Positions 17,942 to 25,891 of a DNA stretch of 64,000 nt are shown here, one piece after another. Position 1 is the stretch's first letter. The number at the start of each line of letters is the position of its first letter. Both the position numbers and the translations under genes were made by a program. The notes beneath the pieces are model-generated. The model had not been told where the DNA came from and made no database searches. It worked only from the letters and a program-made list of their open reading frames with translations. Location: NCBI GenBank assembly GCA_052326485.1, contig JBKQMS010000031.1:16904-80903 (forward strand). The letters are read 5' to 3'. The DNA comes from Thermoplasmata archaeon (GTDB taxonomy: Archaea; Thermoplasmatota; Thermoplasmata; Lutacidiplasmatales; UBA184).

Positions 17942-20284
17942 ATGCGTTGGCCTCCCGTCGTTTTGGGCGCCCTCCTGGCCCTAGTCGTCGTCGCGAGCCC
18001 CGTCGGGGCGGTGACGGCCGTCCCCGCTCCGGCCGCCACGGGCAGCTCGAGCGCATCCGCCCTCGTGACCGATGCGATCCCGTTGCCGGGGGCCTCGTCC
18101 CCTCGGGCGCTGCCTCCGTCCACCCTAGTTTCTCTGACGTTCACCTTGACCAATCCTCACTCGGCGCTATTGGGTCGGTTCCTGAGCCAGGTCGAGGACC
18201 CCGCCTCCCCGTCGTATCGGCACTTCCTCACGTTCCCTGAGTTCGTGAACGATTTCGCCCCGCCCAGTTCGAGCGCCGAGCGTGTGAAGGCCGCGCTGAC
18301 CGCGGCCGGAGCGCGAGAGATCAGCACCGCCCCGGACCGCTCGACGGTCACCGCTGTCCTGCCGGCCGGGGCGGTCGAGCAGCTGCTCGGGGTGGACCTC
18401 GTCTTCTACGGGTTCGCGGGCCGACTGCCCCTCTACACAGCGGTAGGTACCGTTTCGCTTCCCCTGACCTTGCTCGGTCTCGTCTCGGGCGTCGGCGGTC
18501 TATCCGATTCCGCCACGGCGGAACTCGCCGCGGTATCTATGGCGCCGTCCCTCCCGCTCCGGCCAGCCCCGCTCGACCCCTCTCAATTCGTCTTCGACAA
18601 CACGAGCGGCGAGAATTGGTTCATCGGGTCGGATTACACGCAGGCATACGGGGCCTCCGAACTCTTCCCCGGAGCGACCAGTGTCCCGAACGCTACCTAT
18701 CCCACGTCCGTCGCTATCGCGACCCTGCTCGTTAGCGGGTTCAACCAGACCCACCAGACGGACTTGCCCCCATGGGACCCCACGGTCGTCTCGTCGTACT
18801 TCAACGGCACCCTCGGTCCGGGTTGGCCGATGCCGAGCTTCACCGGCGTGCCCGTAACGCTCAATGGCATCACGCCGGGCCTGCCCGGGTCGTTCGGGGG
18901 CGAGAACGACTCCACGCTGTTCGAGACGGAGAACTCCCTCGACCTCGAGATGGCCGGGAGCCTCGCTCCGGGAGCGTCTGTCTACAACTTCTACTTCGCC
19001 GCCAGCCTGCTCACCGGCTCGGCCACCGATGGGGACGCAGCGGACTACCTCGCGGCCGACCTGGCCCAGGCGTTGAGCTATTCGTACGCGCCCGCGCATC
19101 TCGCGACCGTCAGCTGCTCTTTCGGGCTCCCGGACCTGATCGACCCTGCCTGGAACGCCGAGCTCCTCACCGCCGCCGCGACGGGGGTCACGATCGTGGC
19201 GGCCAGCGGGGATCAAGGCAACGCGCCGGACTCGCTCACCAGTCGCTCGGAAGGTCAATGGCCGATCTGGCCGGCGACCGCGTCCTCGGACACTTTCGGT
19301 TCTCTCTCCGCGGGTGGTGTGTCGCTGAACCTCTCGGGCACCCCGAACTTCTACTACCAAGGAACGGTCCTCAACGCCACCTACGACCCCAACGACGGCG
19401 GGATCTCGAGCATGTCCGCCTGGTACGACACCTCGGGTGGCCAAGGGACGTACGCGGGGACCGAGGGTGGGGTGAGCACGGTGTATCCCGAGCCGCTGTG
19501 GCAGTTCGACTCGGCCGCGCAGCCTGCGGTCGTCAACGCCACGGTCGTCCAGAAAGTGACGACGCTGGGGCGTTCGGGCCCGGACCTCGCCATGCCGGGG
19601 AACGCGACCGTCGTCACGGTCTCCGCGGACCCGAACGGGACGGTCTACTTCGCCGTCCTCGAAGGCACGAGCGTAGCGGCCCCGGTGCTCGCGGGTCTCC
19701 TCGCCGACGTCGTCGCCATCGAGAACAACGGGGCGTCGGGCCCCTGGACGTCCCTGGGCTTCATCGACCCCGAGATCTACCGGTTCGCGAGCTATTTCGC
19801 GCTCCATCCCGCGGCGATTTCGGACCCCTTCCTCGACGTGACCGCGGGAGGGAACTACGTCTTCTCGGCCGCCCCGGGCTGGGACCCGACCACGGGCTGG
19901 GGCGGGGTCGATGCGACGGCGTTCCTCGCCGCCGACCAGAACGGGTCGCTGCTCCGCTACGTCTATCCCGGTCCGACCCCCGGTCTTCCGCCCGGGTACT
20001 CGCCCTCATCGTCCGGCAGCGCCGCGCCACCGTGGCCGTACATCTTCGCGATCTTCGGCGTGGGCATCGTCGTAGCGGTCGTGTTGGTCGCCGTGGCCGC
20101 TCGCCCGTCCCGGCCCCGCTCCCCTATTGGCGGGGTCCCTTGGGGAGCGCAGCTCTCTGGACCCGGATGGCCCGGGCCCCCTACCCCCTCCGTTCCGTTC
20201 CCCGGCGCGACGTTCCTCTGTCCGTACTGCGGGGCCATCCGCCCCGCGGAACCGGTCCGATGTCCGCGTTGTGGGACGTTCTAG
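17942..20284 (+). CDS. secreted sedolisin (peptidase S53) with pro-kumamolisin activation domain, C-terminal TM anchor and Zn-ribbon
   Basis: Signal peptide; Pro-kuma activation domain ('SPSYRHFLTFPEFVNDFAPPSS'); catalytic E/D ('ETENSLDLEMA'), 'AASGDQGN', and Ser 'GTSVAAP'; hydrophobic helix 'YIFAIFGVGIVVAVVLVAVAA'; terminal 'CPYCG...CPRCG'. Confidence 0.75.
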   Translation: MRWPPVVLGALLALVVVASPVGAVTAVPAPAATGSSSASALVTDAIPLPGASSPRALPPSTLVSLTFTLTNPHSALLGRFLSQVEDPASPSYRHFLTFPEFVNDFAPPSSSAERVKAALTAAGAREISTAPDRSTVTAVLPAGAVEQLLGVDLVFYGFAGRLPLYTAVGTVSLPLTLLGLVSGVGGLSDSATAELAAVSMAPSLPLRPAPLDPSQFVFDNTSGENWFIGSDYTQAYGASELFPGATSVPNATYPTSVAIATLLVSGFNQTHQTDLPPWDPTVVSSYFNGTLGPGWPMPSFTGVPVTLNGITPGLPGSFGGENDSTLFETENSLDLEMAGSLAPGASVYNFYFAASLLTGSATDGDAADYLAADLAQALSYSYAPAHLATVSCSFGLPDLIDPAWNAELLTAAATGVTIVAASGDQGNAPDSLTSRSEGQWPIWPATASSDTFGSLSAGGVSLNLSGTPNFYYQGTVLNATYDPNDGGISSMSAWYDTSGGQGTYAGTEGGVSTVYPEPLWQFDSAAQPAVVNATVVQKVTTLGRSGPDLAMPGNATVVTVSADPNGTVYFAVLEGTSVAAPVLAGLLADVVAIENNGASGPWTSLGFIDPEIYRFASYFALHPAAISDPFLDVTAGGNYVFSAAPGWDPTTGWGGVDATAFLAADQNGSLLRYVYPGPTPGLPPGYSPSSSGSAAPPWPYIFAIFGVGIVVAVVLVAVAARPSRPRSPIGGVPWGAQLSGPGWPGPPTPSVPFPGATFLCPYCGAIRPAEPVRCPRCGTF

Positions 20285-20300
20285 TCGGGTAGTGGCTAGC

Positions 20301-20972
20301 CTAGGATGCCATCGGGGGCTCGGTTGGAGACTCGGTGGGGGGCTCCTGGTCGGGAGCCCTCTCCTCCGGCGGGCTCCCCGCGGGGACCTCAGGGACCGTC
20401 GCGGGCGGCGGGGCCCCCTCTTCGGAGCCCGTGGCCTGGGGCGGCGGAATCGTGGGGGTGACCCCGAGCTTCTGCTCGAGGAAGCGGCGGATCTCCTCCG
20501 GTCGCGTGGACGCGATCCCGAAGTACTCCGCGAACCGGCGGGTGGTGGTCAGCTCGAGGGTGGAACCCTTCGGTTCCGTGTGGATGAGCCCGATGCCCCT
20601 GAGACGCTGCACCTCTTCGTACGCCACGTCCCCGATCATGCGAACTAGGTTGCTCTGCAGGATCGGCTGGTGGTAGGCGATCAGCGTCAGCGCCCGCAGC
20701 GAGCGGGGGGTCATCTCGACCGGGGTTACCGAGTGGACCGTGGGGACGTACTTCTCCTGGAGCTGGAGGGCGTAGCGGTCGCCCACCCGGCGGACCTCGA
20801 GCGCCGACTGGCGGTTGCCGTAGGTCTGCTCGAGCGTGCGGACGGCGCGCTGGACGGGACGGTAGTCGTCGAGCCCGAGCGCGTCCGCGATCTCCTTCAC
20901 GGCGAGAGGCTTACCGCTGGCGAACAGGACCGCTTCGACCTGGAAAACGAGGTCATCGAGCTTCGACGGCAT
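20301..20972 (-). CDS. scpB: segregation and condensation protein B
   Basis: Tandem winged-helix ScpB domains ('VEAVLFASGKPL', 'LTLIAYHQPI') and a C-terminal acidic/Pro-rich tail. Confidence 0.8.
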   Translation of the reverse strand: MPSKLDDLVFQVEAVLFASGKPLAVKEIADALGLDDYRPVQRAVRTLEQTYGNRQSALEVRRVGDRYALQLQEKYVPTVHSVTPVEMTPRSLRALTLIAYHQPILQSNLVRMIGDVAYEEVQRLRGIGLIHTEPKGSTLELTTTRRFAEYFGIASTRPEEIRRFLEQKLGVTPTIPPPQATGSEEGAPPPATVPEVPAGSPPEERAPDQEPPTESPTEPPMAS

Positions 20973-21024
20973 GGACCACCTTCCTTCTTACCTTCCTACC
21001 TACCTGCCCACGTAGCTGCCCTGC
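20973..21024 (-). promoter_or_regulatory. extended purine-rich Shine-Dalgarno-like tract upstream of scpB
   Basis: The minus-strand sense is 'GGTAGGTAGGAAGGTAAGAAGGAAGGTGG' immediately 5' of the scpB ATG. It is the intergenic spacer inside the smc-scpA-scpB operon. Confidence 0.3.
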
Positions 21025-21981
21025 TTACGCCCCCGCGACCACGACCTTGCGTTCTTCCGCGGTCCGCACCACGAGGACGGGGGACTCCCCGAGCACCTCT
21101 TGGAGCAGCTCGACGGACCGCTCCCCGGCGAGGAACAGGAGCGCGAGGAAGACCGCGACCAGACGGTCGCGTCCCGAAAGCGGGTTCCACAGTTCGAGCA
21201 GCGGGAACGGCTTTCCCACCGGATGATGGAGCGCCGCGTTCCAGGCCTCCTCGAGGTCGCGCTCGGGGATCTCGCCGTGCGCGAGGACCTCGGGGGGAGC
21301 CCGCTGCTCTTCCCGCAGCCGGTCGCGCAGCTCCTCGATCCGAAGCGCGCGGCGCGCGTCGACCTCAGCCTCGCCGAAGGCGCGGACGAGCTCGAGCAGC
21401 GACACCGGCCGCGTCTCGGGGTGGCGGACCATCCCAAGGAGCGGCGGCGGGTCGGTCGACCCGAGGACCGAGCTGGTCACGTCGACCGCCTCGGGGGTCT
21501 CGAGGAGCGGGAGGTAGCCGTCGTCGCCCGCGTCGGTGAGGCCGGCGTCCCCCTCGAGCGCGGGGTCGGGGAGCGCGCGCATCTTGAGGATCTCCTCGGA
21601 CTGGAGGTAGAGGATGTTCCAGGCCATGTAGACGAGACGGCCGGCGATGGCGAAGTTGACGGCGCCGTCCTCCCGGACCCGCTCGAGGTACGACTCGGTG
21701 AACTTCACGAGGTCGATCTCCCACGGGTCGAACTCCTCGTCCATCACGAGCTCGAAGAGGAGCGCGATCGCCTTCTGGAACGGGTCGGGGATCACGATGT
21801 GGACCCCCTCCTTGAGGTTCTCGACGAGCGAGAGGTACCGCTCGAGGAGCGGCGTCGAGCTCTCGTTCTCGTCGATGAGCGAGCGGTGGAAGACGAGGTA
21901 CCGGAGGACCTTCTCGGCCGCCTCCCGGGACACGGCCGTGGACGGCGCTAGCTCGGCGGCCTCCGTTTCGGAGATCGTCAT
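21025..21981 (-). CDS. scpA: segregation and condensation protein A (kleisin)
   Basis: ScpA N- and C-terminal motifs ('FDPWEIDL', C-terminal winged helix). Its ATG overlaps the smc stop as ATGA at 21978-21981. Confidence 0.75.
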   Translation of the reverse strand: MTISETEAAELAPSTAVSREAAEKVLRYLVFHRSLIDENESSTPLLERYLSLVENLKEGVHIVIPDPFQKAIALLFELVMDEEFDPWEIDLVKFTESYLERVREDGAVNFAIAGRLVYMAWNILYLQSEEILKMRALPDPALEGDAGLTDAGDDGYLPLLETPEAVDVTSSVLGSTDPPPLLGMVRHPETRPVSLLELVRAFGEAEVDARRALRIEELRDRLREEQRAPPEVLAHGEIPERDLEEAWNAALHHPVGKPFPLLELWNPLSGRDRLVAVFLALLFLAGERSVELLQEVLGESPVLVVRTAEERKVVVAGA

Positions 21982-24900
21982 CGCGCCTCGAGCGGCGCCG
22001 CCGCCTCCGGGGCGCGGGCGTTCTCGCGGCTCTCGACATCGTGGATGTCGTCCAGGTCGATCCCGACGACGCGGGAGCATCCGTCGCCGCGCATCGTCAC
22101 CCCCAAGAGGTGGTGGGCGAACTTGAGGGTCACTTTGCGCAGCGAGATCACGATGAACTGGGCCCTCTCGGCGTTGCGCCGGAGCATCCGCCCGACGAAC
22201 TCCGCGTTGAGGCCGTCGAGCGACATGTCGACCTCGTCAAAGACGTAGAGCGGGCTCGGGTCGTAGCGCTGCATCGAGAAGATGAACGCGAGGCTCGCGA
22301 GCGACTTCTCCCCGCCGGAGAGCTGCTCCAGCCGGAGCACGGTCTTCCCCACGGGGCGGGCCTTGATCAGCAACCCGCCGGCAAGAGGGTCCTCGGGGTT
22401 CTCGAGGGCGATCTCGCCCTCGCCCCCCGCCGAGAGCTCGCCGTAGATCTCCTTGAACTGGACGCCGACCCGGGCGACGACCTCGGTGATCTTCTCCCGC
22501 TTCTTCTTCTCGATCTCCCCGACGAGCCCGAGGAGCTCGGTCTTCTCGTTCGTGAGGCGGGAGACCTCCGACTGGAACTCTTCCGACCGGGACTTCTCCT
22601 GGTCGTACTCCTCGACGGCGCGCAGGTTGACGTCGCCCATCCCCTGGAGCTGCTGCTCGAGCGCGGCGATCTTCCGCTTCAGTTCCTCGACGGAGGCCGG
22701 CTTCTCGTCCGGCTCGGGCTCGGGGAACTGTTGTAGGGCTTCGTCGAGCTCCTTGAGGCGCACTTCGGCCTGGGCGAGACGCGTCTCCTCTTGGGTGAGC
22801 ATCCCACGGCGGGTCTCGAGGTTCGCCTGCGTCTGGGCCAGCTTGGCCGTCACCGCGAGCCGGTCGGTGTCGAGCTTCTTCTTCTTCTCCGTCTGGGCGC
22901 GAGCGGACTCGCTCTGCTGGGACTCGACGCCCTTGAGCGCCTCGAGCGCCGCCCGGGATTCCTTGAGGGTGCGCTCGGTCTGGGAGATCTCCTTCTTCTT
23001 CGCGGCGATCTCCTTCTGCGCCTTCTGAAGGTCCGTGCGCCGGGCCTCGAGGTTCGCCGCGAGGGCCGTGAGCGAGGCGCGGACCGATTCGAGCTCTCCG
23101 TTGACCTGGACCCGCTCCTCGGAGGTCTTCTGCGCCGTCTCTTGGAGCGCGCGCAGGTGGACCGAGACCGCCTCGGGCAGCTGGCTCAGGTACTGCTCCT
23201 GGGCCTTCTGGGCCTGCTCCTTCAGCGCGGCGATCTCCGAGGCGAGCCGGCTCACGTCGGCTTCTGCCGCCGCGAGGGCCGTCTCGGCCTTCTTCTGGTC
23301 GGCGCGGGCGGCTTCGATTCGGGCCCGAGCGGTCGCAAGACGCTCCCGTGCGGCCTCGAGGTCCTTGTCGAACACCTCTCGCGCGGACTGGTGCGCCTGG
23401 TCCTGGATGGAACGAGTGGAAAGCTCCTCGGCGACCACGCGGATCCGCTCGGTCACGTGGGCGAGCTCGGTCCGGCCGGCGGTCTCGGCCGCGCCTTTTC
23501 CGCGAAGCTCGTCTCCGAGACGCTTCAGCTCGACCGCGGAGTCGCTGCCGCGACCCTGGCTCGTGGGGTCGACGTACCCTCCCGAGATCGCGCCCGTGGC
23601 CTCGATGAGGTCGCCGGTCAGCGTGACCAGGCGCACTCCTCCCATCTGGGCCCGCGCACGCGCGAGGTCGTCCATGACGACCGTCTCGCCGAAGACGTAC
23701 CAGAACGCCGAGCGTAGCGATTCGTCGAACTTCACGAGGTCGATCGCGAAGCCGGTCGCTCCGGCGGCCTTCGCCACGACCAGGGACTTGCCATGCGCCC
23801 GGCCGGGAAGCATCTTGTTGAGCGGTAGGAACGTGGCGCGGCCGCGTTTCTCCTCGCGCAGGAGCTTGATGCACTCCTCCGCCACCTGGTCCGATTCTAC
23901 GACCAGGGCCTGGAAGCGGCTTCCGCCGGCGACCTGGAGCGCGGTCTTCAACTTCGGTTCGAACTCCGCGAGCTCCTCCACGGTGCCCCGGATCCCGGGG
24001 ATCTTGCCGAGGTTGCGCTGGGAGAGGAGGTAATCCACGGCGGCGAGGGCCGTCGGCCGGCCGCCGCCGTCCGTGCGGGCCTTGAGCCGCGCGTCAAGGG
24101 CGAGATACCTTCGGTTCAGCTCGAGGACCTCTTGGGAGAGCCGTTCGCACTCCGCCGAGAGGTTCTTCTCCTTCGTCTTGAGGGCGAAGAGCTCCTTCTG
24201 GAGATCCCCGGTCGCCGGTCCCGAGCCGTTCTTGCCGGGGGTCGTCTCCTTGATGCGGAGCTCGAGGTCCTTGACCTCGACCTCGCGCTCGCGCAGGTCG
24301 TCCTCGGCCTGCGCCTCCGACCGCTCCGCCGTACCGAGGCCGGCGCTTGCCGTCTCGCGGGCCTCTACGGCCTTGGTCCAGGCGGTCTGCTTCGTTTCGG
24401 TCTGACGTGCGAGCTCGAGCTGCTGCTTTCGGGCAGCGGCGAGCTTGTCGCGGCTCTTGCCGGGGGTCCCGGTCGCGGTCTGGATCTCTCGAGCGTTCTC
24501 GTCGGCGGTCTTCGCGAGGGTCGCGAGACGGTCGGCGAGCTTCGACTCCTGGGAGTTGAGGGAGGATTCCTGGGTCTCGTCCGCCCGGACGGCCTTCACG
24601 AGCTCGTCGGCCTGGGTGGAGATGGCGACGAGCGCTTCGCGCAGGTGCCCCAAGCTCTGGTCGAGCCGCGCGTAGGCCATCTTCTTCTCGTCGACCTCTT
24701 GCTTGAACTTGACGGCGGAGGCGCCTCCGGCCTCGGCGATCTCCCGGTCGATCGCATCGATCGCCGACGCGAGCTCGTCCTGCCGGGCGGCGAGCTCGGT
24801 CCGGGTCTTGTCGAGGCCTTCGATCTCGGCGCGGACCGCGTCCACCTGCTTTCGGCAGGTTGAGAGCTCGTGCTCGGCGAGGCGGTGGCCTGCGCGCGCG

Positions 24901-25604
24901 AGCCGGGCCTCCGAGCGCTTCTTGTCGTCCTGGAGCTGCTTATACTGGATTGCGAGGAGCCGCTGCCCTTCGAGGCCCGCGAGTCGGGACTTGATCTCGG
25001 TGAGCAGGGTCTGGATGCGGTCCAAGTTCGCATCGAGGTCGACGCGCTTCGTGGCGGCCCGCTCGAGCTCGTCGTCGTACTGGCTGATGCCCGCGAGGCG
25101 TTCCACGAGGCCCCGACGGGGGACCGGGCCCATCGTGACGATCTTGTTGATGTCGCCCTGCTGGACGAGGTTGTAGCCGTCGCCCGAGAGCCTCGCGTGC
25201 GAGAGGAGGCTGTCGATCTCGGTCTGGGTCGTGCGCTTGCCGTTGACGTAGAAGTACGAGTAGTACCCGTCCGGGTCGCTCGGGGCGAGCTTCACGTACC
25301 GGGTGATCTCGACCTCGGGGGTCTCGACGGGGAGGAGCTTGTCGGCGTTGTCGAAGACGAGGGAGACCTCACACTCCGTCGCCGGCTTCTTCGACGAGCC
25401 TCCATTGAAGAAGAGGTGCGTCAGGCGTTCCGCGCGCAAGGCCTTCGAGCTCGTGGGGCCGAGGACGAACAGGATGGCGTCCGAGATGTTCGACTTCCCC
25501 ATCCCGTTGGGACCCGCGACGCCCGTGAACCCGGGCTGGAACGGGATCTCGGTCGCGCCGGCGAACGACTTGAAGTTCCTCAGCTTGACACGCGTTAGGT
25601 GCAT
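21978..25604 (-). CDS. smc: chromosome segregation protein SMC
   Basis: N-terminal Walker A 'GPNGMGKSN', long coiled coils, hinge, C-terminal signature 'LSGGEKSL' and Walker B 'YVFDEVD'. About 1208 aa. Confidence 0.9.
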   Translation of the reverse strand: MHLTRVKLRNFKSFAGATEIPFQPGFTGVAGPNGMGKSNISDAILFVLGPTSSKALRAERLTHLFFNGGSSKKPATECEVSLVFDNADKLLPVETPEVEITRYVKLAPSDPDGYYSYFYVNGKRTTQTEIDSLLSHARLSGDGYNLVQQGDINKIVTMGPVPRRGLVERLAGISQYDDELERAATKRVDLDANLDRIQTLLTEIKSRLAGLEGQRLLAIQYKQLQDDKKRSEARLARAGHRLAEHELSTCRKQVDAVRAEIEGLDKTRTELAARQDELASAIDAIDREIAEAGGASAVKFKQEVDEKKMAYARLDQSLGHLREALVAISTQADELVKAVRADETQESSLNSQESKLADRLATLAKTADENAREIQTATGTPGKSRDKLAAARKQQLELARQTETKQTAWTKAVEARETASAGLGTAERSEAQAEDDLREREVEVKDLELRIKETTPGKNGSGPATGDLQKELFALKTKEKNLSAECERLSQEVLELNRRYLALDARLKARTDGGGRPTALAAVDYLLSQRNLGKIPGIRGTVEELAEFEPKLKTALQVAGGSRFQALVVESDQVAEECIKLLREEKRGRATFLPLNKMLPGRAHGKSLVVAKAAGATGFAIDLVKFDESLRSAFWYVFGETVVMDDLARARAQMGGVRLVTLTGDLIEATGAISGGYVDPTSQGRGSDSAVELKRLGDELRGKGAAETAGRTELAHVTERIRVVAEELSTRSIQDQAHQSAREVFDKDLEAARERLATARARIEAARADQKKAETALAAAEADVSRLASEIAALKEQAQKAQEQYLSQLPEAVSVHLRALQETAQKTSEERVQVNGELESVRASLTALAANLEARRTDLQKAQKEIAAKKKEISQTERTLKESRAALEALKGVESQQSESARAQTEKKKKLDTDRLAVTAKLAQTQANLETRRGMLTQEETRLAQAEVRLKELDEALQQFPEPEPDEKPASVEELKRKIAALEQQLQGMGDVNLRAVEEYDQEKSRSEEFQSEVSRLTNEKTELLGLVGEIEKKKREKITEVVARVGVQFKEIYGELSAGGEGEIALENPEDPLAGGLLIKARPVGKTVLRLEQLSGGEKSLASLAFIFSMQRYDPSPLYVFDEVDMSLDGLNAEFVGRMLRRNAERAQFIVISLRKVTLKFAHHLLGVTMRGDGCSRVVGIDLDDIHDVESRENARAPEAAAPLEAR

Positions 25605-25891
25605 CGGGTGCTTCCTCCGATCCCTCGACCGGCTGCCATCGTCGCCGAAATCCACCCGTTTGTCGGACGGATGTCAGCAGCGCTCTCCGAGCCCTGTCAG
25701 CCATATTTAACCATTGGCTTGCTCGGGTACTGTTGTCGGGCCCGTAGCGACCCTGGATCCGTGCGGGAGAGCGGCGGATCGCCCCGCAAGATCGGACAAA
25801 GTCCTTCGAGGACGGACGGAGAAAGTGGACTAAGTCCGTCCTAAACCGGCCCCAGGTTCATAGTCTTCGGAGCCGCCAGGTTCCAACGATC
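25605..25891. promoter_or_regulatory. divergent intergenic region between smc and the surface-protein gene, with a TATA-like element and inverted repeats
   Basis: 'ATATTTAA' at 25704-25711. A hairpin GTCC-TTCGA-GGAC sits at 25801-25813. An 8-bp inverted repeat GGACGGAC/GTCCGTCC spans 25810-25841. Confidence 0.3.

Noticed and set aside
22041-25598. Multiple 200-550-aa ORFs on both strands inside the smc gene (e.g. 22237..23874, 24132..24863, 24870..25598)
   Set aside because: Spurious GC-driven ORFs. The smc frame carries Walker A, coiled-coil, hinge and signature motifs throughout.
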